A model generated the notes under the pieces. The model ran no database searches. It saw only the letters and a list, made by a program, of their open reading frames with translations, and was not told the DNA's origin. Below are positions 38,825 through 48,940 of a stretch of 64,000 nucleotides of DNA, in pieces. A program made the translations under genes and the position numbers. The stretch is from Candidatus Helarchaeota archaeon (lineage in GTDB: Archaea > Asgardarchaeota > Lokiarchaeia > Helarchaeales > RDOG01), in NCBI GenBank assembly GCA_019058315.1, contig JAHPZH010000003.1, positions 396,451 to 460,450 on the forward strand, given 5' to 3'. Each line of letters starts with the position of its first letter. Within the stretch, counting starts at the first letter, position 1.

Positions 38825-39532
38825 ATGATTTTGATAATGAAACTAGCAATAATTGGCGACTTTAATCCAAAATCCGAAACACATATTGCTTCTAATGAGG
38901 CAATTTTACACTCAAAAGATCTACTTCAATGTGATTTAGATTCATATTGGATAAATACTAAGGATATTACAAAGGAGACATTTTACCAATTCGATGGTTT
39001 TTTAATTGCACCCGGTAGTCCTTACAGCAACATGGATAATGTAATCAATACTATACAGTTTGCCAGAGAAAATAATATACCTTGTTTAGGGACGTGTGGT
39101 GGTTTTCAACATATGGTTATAGAGTATGCACGAAATATTCTCAATTTCAAAAATGCACAACATGAAGAATATGACAAAAATTCATCAGAATTATTTATTA
39201 CCAAGTTATCATGCACTTTAAAAGGACGTGAAATGGAGTTAAATTTGACTCCAAATTCAAAAGTTGCTTCTCTTTATGGTAAAAATAGAGTAATAGAAAA
39301 GTATTATTGTAATTTTGGAGTTAATCCTGATTATCTCCAAATAATAAAAAACGGACCAATTCGTATTGTAGGTTCAGATCGTGAGGGAGAGATCCGAATT
39401 TTAGAATATCCAGATCATGTATTTTTCATCGGAACTCTTTATGTTCCACAAGTACAATCAACCAAGAGGACACCGCACCCCTTAGTGACGGGATTTATAG
39501 AAGCAATAATCAATAAATGCCAAAAATTCTAA
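38825..39532 (+). CDS. Stand-alone CTP-synthase-type glutamine amidotransferase domain
   Basis: IIGDF, PGSPY, GTCGGFQH, YYCNFG.N, HPL; no synthetase domain. Confidence 0.85.
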   Translation: MILIMKLAIIGDFNPKSETHIASNEAILHSKDLLQCDLDSYWINTKDITKETFYQFDGFLIAPGSPYSNMDNVINTIQFARENNIPCLGTCGGFQHMVIEYARNILNFKNAQHEEYDKNSSELFITKLSCTLKGREMELNLTPNSKVASLYGKNRVIEKYYCNFGVNPDYLQIIKNGPIRIVGSDREGEIRILEYPDHVFFIGTLYVPQVQSTKRTPHPLVTGFIEAIINKCQKF

Positions 39533-39556
39533 ATATTTTTTTTATATTTTGAATTT

Positions 39557-40510
39557 ATGGAAGATTTCTATTTTATTAAAGCCGATAAGCCGATGTGGCC
39601 TGCATCAGCAAATGTGTTTGTAATTAAGGATGAAGAAGGCTTAATTTTTATTGATGTGGGTTGCGGATTAAAGAAGTTCACAAAGAAATTATTTAAAAAA
39701 TTAAGAGATTTTAATCTAGATCTATTTGATGTTCATACAATTGCGCTCTCGCATGCACACCCAGATCATATGGGCGCTATGGAAGAGATTTTAAAACTTT
39801 TTAAGGATAATAATAATTCAGATTTGCAAATTCTCATTAATGAAATTGAACGAGAGAGTGCGCTAAATATTGATTTATTAAATGATTCATTTGATATTGA
39901 TTTATTACCAAAATATTTTAATTCTGGACTAGAAGAAAGATTTAAAGGGAAGTTTGATTTAATTCAGAATTTTAAGGTTCTTTGTTCTATGTCACAACTT
40001 CCTAAAGATTGTAATATTGAAATAATTAAGGAGAATGACATTTTAAAATTGGGTCGTTATAATTTTAAAGTCTTAATTACTCCAGGTCATGCCCCAGGAC
40101 ATACTTCTTTTTATGAAATCAATCAAAAATTTTTACTCTCTGGGGATTTAATAGGAGAGAAGGGAACTGCATGGTATTCTCCCAGCTCTGGTGGAGCTAC
40201 GGGATATTTATCTAGTTTGGAAAAAGTAGAAAAATTTCCCATTGAACTTATTTATCCTTCACACGGGAATAAGATAGAGAATATACAACAAAGAATTCAT
40301 GAAATTCGTCAAAAAATCTTGATGAAGGATGATCTTATTTTAAAAGAATTAAAGAAAAAACCTCATACAGTAATGGAACTAACTAATTTATTTTATAAAA
40401 CATCATATTCGCAAATGTTTCCCGGAATTGCTATAATAGAGAGCCATCTAATTAAGTTAGAGCAAGAAGGAAAGATTAAACGTGATAATGGTTTAATTTA
40501 TAAGGTTTGA
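39557..40510 (+). CDS. Metallo-beta-lactamase-fold hydrolase with C-terminal wHTH
   Basis: SHAHPDHMG, TPGHAPGH, SGD, PSHG. Confidence 0.9.
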   Translation: MEDFYFIKADKPMWPASANVFVIKDEEGLIFIDVGCGLKKFTKKLFKKLRDFNLDLFDVHTIALSHAHPDHMGAMEEILKLFKDNNNSDLQILINEIERESALNIDLLNDSFDIDLLPKYFNSGLEERFKGKFDLIQNFKVLCSMSQLPKDCNIEIIKENDILKLGRYNFKVLITPGHAPGHTSFYEINQKFLLSGDLIGEKGTAWYSPSSGGATGYLSSLEKVEKFPIELIYPSHGNKIENIQQRIHEIRQKILMKDDLILKELKKKPHTVMELTNLFYKTSYSQMFPGIAIIESHLIKLEQEGKIKRDNGLIYKV

Positions 40511-40523
40511 TAAAAAAAGAATT

Positions 40524-41546
40524 TTATTTATTTTCTTCCACTTTCCATTCACTAGGTCCCTTTTTCCTTCTTTTAAATGTTACTTTTGGAAATTTTTTCC
40601 ACATACGTTCGCCCCAACGGTAGACTTTCAGCATCGGCCCAAACATGTATTTAACAAATCCCAATCGAAATCCCATTAAATCCTTAAAGTCTTCAACAAA
40701 ATCATCAAATGTTCGTTCTTGAAAATTTAACACTCTTTGCGATTCCTCAGTATCATACCAGTCTAGATAGAAAGGTTCTTTTGAAAAATATTCTTCTGGC
40801 GGTATCGGCATACCAAGAGTCTTCATTAAAATTTCAAGTTGATCTCGCCATACCATTTGGTTTTTTTTACCTCCAGCTATTATGAATTTTTTTTGATAAC
40901 ATTCTTCATTCCGAATCGCATTGATGCACGCTGTTACAATATCGAATACATGAACAAATTCGAGACGATTATCTAGGGGTAGCATGTACATTTGATTATA
41001 ATCTTCCATTTTAATAGACAGATATGCAGCTTCTGCAAACCTTAGAATGGTCCAATTTTTCAACTCAGAATTCTCAATTATTTCTTCACATTTAACTTTA
41101 GTTTCTGTATAAACATCTGTAGGGTTAACTGGATCATCTATAGTGAGAGGGGGTGTGCGATCTTGTGTATGACCAAAAACAGAAACACTTGAAGAGAAAA
41201 TTAAATGAATATTCGGGTTCAGAGTCTGAATTGCTTTCACTATGTTGGCGGTTCCTTCAATATTCACTTTTTTTGCTAAATCAGGCATATCCTCTGTTTT
41301 AGGATGTAAAATTGCAGCAAGGTGGCAAACAGTATCAACATCCCAAATACATTTCAAACAATCCCCATAATCTATAATATTTCCATAGACTATTTCAGCA
41401 TCCTTTAATTTTGGACTCTTCGCACGGTTTTTCGTTCTTTTATTTTCTATATCTAAAATTTTTACTTTATAACCTTCTTCCAAAGCCCTTTCTGCTAAAT
41501 ATGCCCCTATACCACCAAGACCGCCTGTTACTAATATTTTAGTCAT
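40524..41546 (-). CDS. NAD-dependent epimerase/dehydratase
   Basis: TGGLGGIG, HLAA, SSS, YTETK. Confidence 0.9.
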   Translation of the reverse strand: MTKILVTGGLGGIGAYLAERALEEGYKVKILDIENKRTKNRAKSPKLKDAEIVYGNIIDYGDCLKCIWDVDTVCHLAAILHPKTEDMPDLAKKVNIEGTANIVKAIQTLNPNIHLIFSSSVSVFGHTQDRTPPLTIDDPVNPTDVYTETKVKCEEIIENSELKNWTILRFAEAAYLSIKMEDYNQMYMLPLDNRLEFVHVFDIVTACINAIRNEECYQKKFIIAGGKKNQMVWRDQLEILMKTLGMPIPPEEYFSKEPFYLDWYDTEESQRVLNFQERTFDDFVEDFKDLMGFRLGFVKYMFGPMLKVYRWGERMWKKFPKVTFKRRKKGPSEWKVEENK

Positions 41547-41839
41547 ATAAATTACCTATAAATCATTTAATTTTTAAAGTTTATATTTGAAACTTCTTGT
41601 TATTTGCTAATATCTTAAATCAAAGGCAGATTATAAATTATTACATTAAAGAAACCTAATCCAATTTAATAAGATTTGTCTATTTCTGATTTGTAAAAAA
41701 ATTTGAATTTATTCAATAGAGATTTTTGTGTATAAAATATCTGATTAAAAGCTTTGAGTCCAAGATTATTACTAAATTTTATAAATCAGTAAATTAAATG
41801 TTATAAAAATAATTGAAAAAAATACTAATGGGGCTAATT

Positions 41840-42202
41840 ATGAGTAAAATTGATGAAGTAAAGAAAATCTTAATGGAGCTAGAAGAAAAAGTAACTGATG
41901 TAAAAGGTTCGGCAGTTATTAGAACGAATGGCTTAATTATCGCTTCTGCTTTACCTAGCGAAGCAAATGAAAGAATGATTGCAGCTATGTCTGCTGCGCT
42001 TCTCGGAACATCGAAGAGAGCTGCTGAAGCATTATTTCAAGGAACATTTGCTAGTCTAAATCTAGAGTTGGACAAAGGAAATATGTTTTTGATGGGGGCT
42101 GGAAGAGTAATTCTAGTAGCATTAACTAAAAAAGAACCTAATATTGGGTTAATTACTTTAGAAATGGAAGATACAAGTAAAAAATTAGCAGAATTGTTTT
42201 AA
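41840..42202 (+). CDS. Roadblock/LC7 (MglB-like) protein, copy 1
   Basis: GSAVIRTNGLIIAS.LP, IAAMSAALLG, PNIGL; start moved to ATG 41840 by alignment with copy 2. Confidence 0.9.
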   Translation: MSKIDEVKKILMELEEKVTDVKGSAVIRTNGLIIASALPSEANERMIAAMSAALLGTSKRAAEALFQGTFASLNLELDKGNMFLMGAGRVILVALTKKEPNIGLITLEMEDTSKKLAELF

Positions 42203-42218
42203 TTAAGGATGATTTAAA

Positions 42219-42671
42219 ATGGAAAGTCAATTAAAATTTGTGGCTTCTCTCTTTAAAATGGCAATTAAGGAGTTCTTGAACGTAATGGGACCTGAGTCAA
42301 TCCAAACAATTTTTAGATTGATGGGAGAAACTCAGGGGGAGAGGGTAGAGCGAGTCATGAGGAAGAAATATAAGACAGACAGTTGGACAAAAGACGATTT
42401 TATTCCAAAACTCATAAAGGATCTCATCGAGCCAACTTTAGGAGAAGGAAATGTGGAATATAAGATAGATGGCAATGATATAACCATTAGTTTAGCTGTA
42501 TGCCCTTTTCAGAGAGCTGGGATGAGTATTACAAGTAAGCTTTATTGCACTTATACCGAAGGAATGATTGAAACCGCAATACAAAAAGCCTTAAAAAACA
42601 TCGAATTTACAACTAAAGAGTTAAAAGCATCAGGAAATAAAAATTGTGTTTTTCAAATTAAAGTGAAGTAA
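42219..42671 (+). CDS. V4R/Bet3-like fold protein, copy 1
   Basis: F...G...G helix, CPF, C.YTEGMI, ASG...C.F. Confidence 0.8.
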   Translation: MESQLKFVASLFKMAIKEFLNVMGPESIQTIFRLMGETQGERVERVMRKKYKTDSWTKDDFIPKLIKDLIEPTLGEGNVEYKIDGNDITISLAVCPFQRAGMSITSKLYCTYTEGMIETAIQKALKNIEFTTKELKASGNKNCVFQIKVK

Positions 42672-42727
42672 TTTTAAATATCCTACCTTTTTTATTTTTA
42701 TAGTGATATATCAAAGAGCATCAGAAA

Positions 42728-43474
42728 ATGATACGTTACTTTTTAATTCTAAAACGCTCTGGTGAAAATATCTATAAAAATTGTTTTGGTAATGTTGATA
42801 TTGATGAAAATGTAGTAAGTGGTTTTTTCTCGGCTTTTTTTACATTTACTCAAACTCTTTTTAGTGCAGATGTTCAAGATATAGAATTGGGTCCATATTC
42901 CATGTTATTTGAAATTGTAGAAAAAGAGATAATATTAGTCGCTATTTATGACAAAGCAGATTCTTTAATAAACGTTCAACAAAAATTAACTGATTTAAAA
43001 AACGTAATTAGCTTAGAATATGGAAGAAAAATAAAACAGAACGTTTGTGATACTGATGATTTTAAAGGAATAAATAGAATAGTTGAAAAGATAATTCTAG
43101 AGGAAAAGAAAGTTCAATTGGATGAAAAATCAAAGGCTCAATATACGCAATTATTAGGAGATTTTCGTTCAAATAATGAAATTGAAGATTGCTCTTTAAT
43201 CTCAATTACAGGAATCCCCTTGATATATGAAACGAAGAGAGAATTTTTAGATCTAATAATAAAACAGATGGATGCATTTTGGAAATTTAAGAGTGAGGTT
43301 TTAGACCAAATCATACTTTCATATGAAAATAGATATATAATTTTGGTTAAAATTAATGAAAATTTAGTTTTATCTGCTTTAATAAGAAGAAATACACCTA
43401 TAGGTCTTGCAACAATGCTAATTGAGGAGTATGCAACTAAAATAGCAAATATAGCAGATAGTAGGATATTTTAA
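42728..43474 (+). CDS. Longin + roadblock two-domain protein
   Basis: YFLILKRSGENIY...VVSGFFSAFFTF (longin); CSLISITGIPL...LVLSALIRRNTPIGLA (roadblock). Confidence 0.75.
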   Translation: MIRYFLILKRSGENIYKNCFGNVDIDENVVSGFFSAFFTFTQTLFSADVQDIELGPYSMLFEIVEKEIILVAIYDKADSLINVQQKLTDLKNVISLEYGRKIKQNVCDTDDFKGINRIVEKIILEEKKVQLDEKSKAQYTQLLGDFRSNNEIEDCSLISITGIPLIYETKREFLDLIIKQMDAFWKFKSEVLDQIILSYENRYIILVKINENLVLSALIRRNTPIGLATMLIEEYATKIANIADSRIF

Positions 43475-43498
43475 TGATAATTTCATTAGCTGGTTAAA

Positions 43499-43915
43499 AT
43501 GGGATTATTGTCTAGATTAAGGGAAATATTTTCTAGAAAATCACTTGATTCATTCAAAGAAATAGAATCTGAATTTGTTAAATTGAAGAAAAAAAGCAAT
43601 TCTGAGATTATTGCTTTAATTGGTATTGGTGGAAAACCAAAGGGTTTGCCATTAGTGTATGTATCAGAAGATGAGAAAGTTTTAAAGCGTTATGTTGCTA
43701 GGATAGCTGAATTAGTAAATCCACTTAATAATATAACGAATGATAAAAAAGTTAAGGATGTTGTTATTTTTTATGAGGATAGGGCTTTATATTTCAACCC
43801 ATTTATGGAAGATATTAGTTTTTTTGCAATATATAAAAATAGAAACGATTTATCAATTCTCCGTCAATGGATTGACGATAAATCACAAGAATTGAAAGAT
43901 ATTTTTCATACCTAA
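43499..43915 (+). CDS. Divergent roadblock/profilin-like protein
   Basis: IIALIG....KGLPLV, helix, beta meander, terminal helix. Confidence 0.6.
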   Translation: MGLLSRLREIFSRKSLDSFKEIESEFVKLKKKSNSEIIALIGIGGKPKGLPLVYVSEDEKVLKRYVARIAELVNPLNNITNDKKVKDVVIFYEDRALYFNPFMEDISFFAIYKNRNDLSILRQWIDDKSQELKDIFHT

Positions 43916-44039
43916 ATGGTAACATATTAAAAAGATAAATTTGTACTTTTAACTAATTCAATCAAATTATATTGATTTTTGAATATTATAAGATGCAAGA
44001 AAAAGTAATATGGGATAAATAAAAAAGGTGGTTATATAA

Positions 44040-44402
44040 GTGAGTAAAGTAGACGAAGCGCAGAAGATATTGATGGATCTTGAGGAGAGAGTTCCTGATA
44101 TAAAAGGATCTGCAATTATTAGGACTAATGGTTTAATTATAACATCTGCATTACCAAGTGAAGCAAATGAGAGAATGATCGCAGCTATGTCAGCTGCGCT
44201 TCTTGGCACCTCGAAGAGAGCTGCTGAAGCATTATTTCAAGGAACATTTACTAGTCTCAATTTAGAGCTTGATAAAGGTAATATGTTTCTAATGGGAGCA
44301 GGTAAAGTTATCTTAGTAGCATTAACAAAAAAAGATCCTAATATTGGATTAGTTACATTAGAAATGGAAGATACTAGTAAAAGATTAACTGATGTTTTCT
44401 AA
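44040..44402 (+). CDS. Roadblock/LC7 protein, copy 2
   Basis: 103 of 120 aa identical to copy 1 (hand count). Confidence 0.9.
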   Translation: MSKVDEAQKILMDLEERVPDIKGSAIIRTNGLIITSALPSEANERMIAAMSAALLGTSKRAAEALFQGTFTSLNLELDKGNMFLMGAGKVILVALTKKDPNIGLVTLEMEDTSKRLTDVF

Positions 44403-44420
44403 AATTCGAGTGATCAGAAA

Positions 44421-44879
44421 TTGGAAAGCCAATTAAAGTTCGTAGCCGCACTCTTCAAAATGGCTATGAAAGAATTTGACAGAGTTATGGGACCAGAGTC
44501 AATTCAAACTATTTTTCGATTAATTGGGGAAAATCAAGGAGAATCTATCGAGTCAAGAATGAAAAAGAAGTATAATGTTGATAAATGGACACCCGAAAAC
44601 TTCGCCGAAAATTTAGTAAAGGATGTTCTTGAGCCAGTTCTGGGAAAGGGAAAAGTCAAATATGAAATTAAAGGAGATGAGTTAATATTTGATATTGGAG
44701 TTTGTCCCTTTAGAAGAGCAGGTATAAATATATCTAGCCAAGTTTTTTGTAATTATACGGAGGGGTTGATTGAGACCTCAGCCAAAAAAGCTTTAACAGA
44801 AAATATTGAATTTAACCCTCAACATTCAATTGCTAAGGGAGATTCAAGCTGTTTATTTAAACTTAAAATCAAAAAGTAA
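44421..44879 (+). CDS. V4R/Bet3-like fold protein, copy 2
   Basis: MESQLKFVA.LFKMA.KEF..VMGPESIQTIFRL shared with copy 1; same three Cys. Confidence 0.8.
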   Translation: MESQLKFVAALFKMAMKEFDRVMGPESIQTIFRLIGENQGESIESRMKKKYNVDKWTPENFAENLVKDVLEPVLGKGKVKYEIKGDELIFDIGVCPFRRAGINISSQVFCNYTEGLIETSAKKALTENIEFNPQHSIAKGDSSCLFKLKIKK

Positions 44880-45050
44880 GTATAATTTCAAATTTGGGTT
44901 TTTAACCTAATTAATTATCTATTTTTTCTGCAAAAATTTTTTTAAATAATTTTAAAAATAATGAATAGAATATATAAATCCATAAATTAAACTAAAAATT
45001 TTCATTATTCGGTTTATTATTTCAATAAAGAATATTGAAGGGTAGAAAAA

Positions 45051-46955
45051 TTGAGTTATAACGCGGAATTTGACTTTAAGATTAAAGATATTTATTCTGG
45101 TTCTTCTGAAACTTTTCCAACCCTAGAGGAGATATTTTCATCAAAATATAGGATTAAAATTCTAAATGTTCTAGCAGATGAAGATGATTTAAGTATAACT
45201 GAAATTTCAAACCGCTGTGACATACCGTACCTTACTTGTGCGACGCATTTGAAATATTTAAGTTCTCAGAATATCCTTAAAGAGAGACTTGAAGAGAAAA
45301 TTGAAATTTATCAATTTCGTAAAGAAAATGAAAATATTAGAGCGTTAAAGCATTTTATCAAACTTTGGAATTTCTATACAGAAGAGGCACATTATGAAGG
45401 ACATAAAAGAAAGACAGAAGCTTGGAAAACCCGGCATATTTATATTAATGGTAGGCCCGCACATTCAATTGAAGAAGCTAAAAATAATCTTCGAAAATAC
45501 TTAGAAAAGCATAAAGAATTACCCCCACATCCAGAAATTCCAGAAAATGCAAAGAAAGCCCTTGCCAAAGTTGAAAAAGATAAAGAACGATATCGAGTTT
45601 ATTTTGATTTATTGAGTGATAAGAGCCTTCATTTTTTAGATATACACACAAAAAATAAGCACATTGAAGCAAAATGGATAGTTGTACCACGAATTATTGA
45701 GAGTCTGCAGGATAAATGGTCAGTAGAAGAAGCATTAGAAGCACTTGAGATTGAAATGAAGTCAAGTCATTATCGCATAGTAAATGAGCTTTATGTTAAT
45801 ATTCTTGATACTTTAAATCAAGAAGAGGAAGTTGAGCTATTGAGAAAATACTGGCAACTTATCATTGAAAAACATAAAGAGATTTTACAACCTTATTTCT
45901 GGAGTGATATTCCAAAAATTGTGAGGAATTCACTTCATCAATCAACTGCTATAGTGCGTGCTATGGCATTTGATACAAATAGTAAAGATCCTCAATATAA
46001 TGCCGAATCTAAAAGACTTCTTGAAAAAATGGTAGATTTATTTTCTGAAAAAAATGAAAAAGATGAATGGCATTATCTTATCGGCACTTTATTATTTGAT
46101 AGGTATTATTACTTTCCCAGTTTTAGTGGTAGGGGCTTAGCTGAAATGTTTAATATGTATTATTCTCATAAAACACTCAATGCTTCAGCAATAGTTATGT
46201 TTAATCGAATTATTGATACTTCGCACTGGGCCGATACAGTTGCGACCCGAATATTAGAAGATCGTAGTCCAATGGAGATTGGGGAGTGGTTAAGTGAAGA
46301 TTTAAGGGGATTAATGGCGGCTCATCTAGTAAAGGGATATGTACAAAAGGATGAAATATATTACTTTTTAAAAACCCTCAAAACTTCCATCTATGATTTA
46401 ATTAAAGGTAGAGCTAGTTTTGGTAAAATACTTTTAGTATTGATGAAAGTTCATAATTCACTCAAAGAAAAAGTAGAGCAGACCCTAATGAACTTTGTAA
46501 CCTCTAGTGATTTAAAATCACTAGGTGGTAAAGGATTTATTGAATCAATAATGAGATTTAATAAAGATGAGAAGGAGAAAATTTTAGATTTTCTTTCTGA
46601 AGAAGGTCGTGGTTCATATCTACTTCAACTTCTTAAGTTATCAAATCCAAATTCCGAAACCTTTTCTGATATTGAAAATAAAGATGAAAAACAAGATCTG
46701 GCTAAGTTGGCTCGCAACGAGTTAGAACAAGTAGTGAATATGGTTAATAAAATTTGGGCCAAAGATGATACAATAATGGCTGGCTTTAAAGATACTGATG
46801 AAAAAACTTTAGAATGGGCGACAATTGATTGTTTAAAAATGATTCAACAGATTCTTGAAGACGGTTGGACTTTCCCTGAAGAGACCAATTTAATAATAAA
46901 ATGTAAAAATGCTATTGAATTAATAAAAAAAGGTAATGGTTCAGCACTGTTTTAA
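45051..46955 (+). CDS. ArsR-like winged-HTH fused to a large unknown helical domain
   Basis: EEIFSSK.RIKIL.VL.....LSITEI...C......HL..L....IL.E; remaining ~520 aa unrecognised. Confidence 0.7.
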   Translation: MSYNAEFDFKIKDIYSGSSETFPTLEEIFSSKYRIKILNVLADEDDLSITEISNRCDIPYLTCATHLKYLSSQNILKERLEEKIEIYQFRKENENIRALKHFIKLWNFYTEEAHYEGHKRKTEAWKTRHIYINGRPAHSIEEAKNNLRKYLEKHKELPPHPEIPENAKKALAKVEKDKERYRVYFDLLSDKSLHFLDIHTKNKHIEAKWIVVPRIIESLQDKWSVEEALEALEIEMKSSHYRIVNELYVNILDTLNQEEEVELLRKYWQLIIEKHKEILQPYFWSDIPKIVRNSLHQSTAIVRAMAFDTNSKDPQYNAESKRLLEKMVDLFSEKNEKDEWHYLIGTLLFDRYYYFPSFSGRGLAEMFNMYYSHKTLNASAIVMFNRIIDTSHWADTVATRILEDRSPMEIGEWLSEDLRGLMAAHLVKGYVQKDEIYYFLKTLKTSIYDLIKGRASFGKILLVLMKVHNSLKEKVEQTLMNFVTSSDLKSLGGKGFIESIMRFNKDEKEKILDFLSEEGRGSYLLQLLKLSNPNSETFSDIENKDEKQDLAKLARNELEQVVNMVNKIWAKDDTIMAGFKDTDEKTLEWATIDCLKMIQQILEDGWTFPEETNLIIKCKNAIELIKKGNGSALF

Positions 46956-46989
46956 TTTACTTTATTCTATAAAAGTTTTATAATGAGAT

Positions 46990-47505
46990 TTACTCTTCAA
47001 TCGTGAATTCCCAAGCACACCAATAATCTTCTGGGTGATCGTCGGGAGGGCATGCAATACAACGAGTTTTTATTCTGGGATCGATTGTTTTTGCAAAATT
47101 ACCATATTCTACCAGACCAACAGGTTTACATGGAAAATCAGTCAGTCCTTTTCGCTTTCTTGCGGATTGAACTCGACAATCATTCATGCGAAAAACACAC
47201 CTCTTCTCGCTAATTTCAATAGTTTCTTGGATATTTACATGTGCATATAAACGATATTTTAAAGCTTTAACCAGTCCAGGGATTCCACTACCCCGCTTAA
47301 TATTCATACGTTTCATTATCCTGGTAGCTTCAAGGACTGTAAATTTTTCCCATGCGTTTCTATCCAATTCAATTGCTTTATCTATGCCCAGCTCTTTTTC
47401 CACCTCTAGAAACCATAAACCATCATGTGCTAGCCAATTTTTAGCAGCATCAGTTAACAATCCAATTAATTCTTCTTTTGTGAGCTTGAATAATTCGGAA
47501 CTCAA
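46990..47505 (-). CDS. DUF6125-family (V4R-like) protein
   Basis: NWLAHDGLWF..VE, CRVQ.AR.RKGL..FPCK, C..CPPD.HP..YWC.WEF. Confidence 0.85.
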   Translation of the reverse strand: MSSELFKLTKEELIGLLTDAAKNWLAHDGLWFLEVEKELGIDKAIELDRNAWEKFTVLEATRIMKRMNIKRGSGIPGLVKALKYRLYAHVNIQETIEISEKRCVFRMNDCRVQSARKRKGLTDFPCKPVGLVEYGNFAKTIDPRIKTRCIACPPDDHPEDYWCAWEFTIEE

Positions 47506-47604
47506 TTCTAATCACTTCAAATTAATAATTTTTGATAAATTTATAAATTTGTAAGGTAATAATTTACCATTTACTGATGAATAAAAAACAAAATTTATGT
47601 AGGT

Positions 47605-48780
47605 TTGATGATAATGGCGATTCCACCAGATATAGATCAAGAGGAAATTGATGCTGTCGTTAAAGTATTAAAAAGTAAAAAATTAACCGCTTTATCAGGA
47701 CGTCAGATTAAAAAATTTGAAAAACAATTCGCAAAATATTGCGGGACAAAATATGCAATTGCTGTAAATTCTGGTACAGCTGCCATTCATGTCGCACTTG
47801 CAGCATTAGAAGTTGGTCCAGGAGATGAGGTAATTGTACCTCCTTATACGTTCGTTGCATCTGCCACACCAGTCCTTCATAATAACGCGATCCCTATTTT
47901 TGCTGATATTGATAAAAAAACTTACTGTCTAGATCCTGAAGATGTTAAAAAGAGGATTTCAGATAAAACTGTTGGAATTATTCCAGTTCACTTATTTGGA
48001 CACCCTGCAGAAATGGATAGCATTCTTGAAATTGCTGAAAAACATAATTTGTTTGTATTGGAGGATTCGTGTCAAGCTCATGGCGCAGAATATAAAGGAA
48101 AGAAAGTGGGTTCACTAGGGAATGCTGGATGTTTCAGTTTCTTTGAATCCAAAAATATGATGACGGGAGAAGGTGGGATCATAACCACTAATGACGATGA
48201 ATTACTAGAACAAGCGAGATTAATACGATGGCATGGAGAACCAGCTCAATATCGTTATAAACGATTAGGGTATAATTATCGAATGACCGAAATTCAAGCC
48301 GCTCTTGGTCTTGTACAACTTAAGAAATTAGATAAATTTAATGAAATAAGAATTAAAAACGCTGATTATCTAAATGAAAAATTGGAACCGATTGAAGGGA
48401 TTCAAATCCCATATGTTGCTCCAGAAGTTAAACATGTTTTCCATGTTTACGCACCATTACTTAAAGCTGATAAAATTGGTATTTCAAATGATGAATTTAT
48501 GAAACGATTGCAAGAAATTATTCCATTTATAAGACCAATTTATCCAGATCCCTTATATACCGAATCAATTTTCGTTGAAAAAAATGCCTATAAATATAAA
48601 TGTCCGTTTTCTTGCCCTTATTACGATAAAGAGCTTGATTATTCAAAAATTTCTCTTCCAGTTGTGGAAGAAATTTGTGAACGGATTATTGGACTTCCCA
48701 CAATGCCTGGAATCACTGGAAAACTGCTAGATGAAGTTATAAAAAATATTCGGAAGATTATAAAAGAAATTAAAAAATAA
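47605..48780 (+). CDS. DegT/DnrJ/EryC1/StrS PLP aminotransferase
   Basis: NSGTAA, TFVAS, VHLFG, EDSCQAHG, FSFF.SK...GEGG, GYNYRM. Confidence 0.93.
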   Translation: MMIMAIPPDIDQEEIDAVVKVLKSKKLTALSGRQIKKFEKQFAKYCGTKYAIAVNSGTAAIHVALAALEVGPGDEVIVPPYTFVASATPVLHNNAIPIFADIDKKTYCLDPEDVKKRISDKTVGIIPVHLFGHPAEMDSILEIAEKHNLFVLEDSCQAHGAEYKGKKVGSLGNAGCFSFFESKNMMTGEGGIITTNDDELLEQARLIRWHGEPAQYRYKRLGYNYRMTEIQAALGLVQLKKLDKFNEIRIKNADYLNEKLEPIEGIQIPYVAPEVKHVFHVYAPLLKADKIGISNDEFMKRLQEIIPFIRPIYPDPLYTESIFVEKNAYKYKCPFSCPYYDKELDYSKISLPVVEEICERIIGLPTMPGITGKLLDEVIKNIRKIIKEIKK

Positions 48781-48940
48781 GAAAAATTTTAACGACAGAT
48801 TATTAATAATAGGTAAAATTATAACGAAAAAAATAAAAACTTGGCAGAAATAATGCATTATGCTAATGGCATCACATATATAATGAGAATATTAAATTTG
48901 GCTTAAAAAGTAAAATGTTGAGCGCACGGTAGATAAAAAG

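Noticed and set aside
38825-39532. pyrG (CTP synthase)
   Set aside because: Only the glutaminase-like domain is present; this stand-alone family is already known
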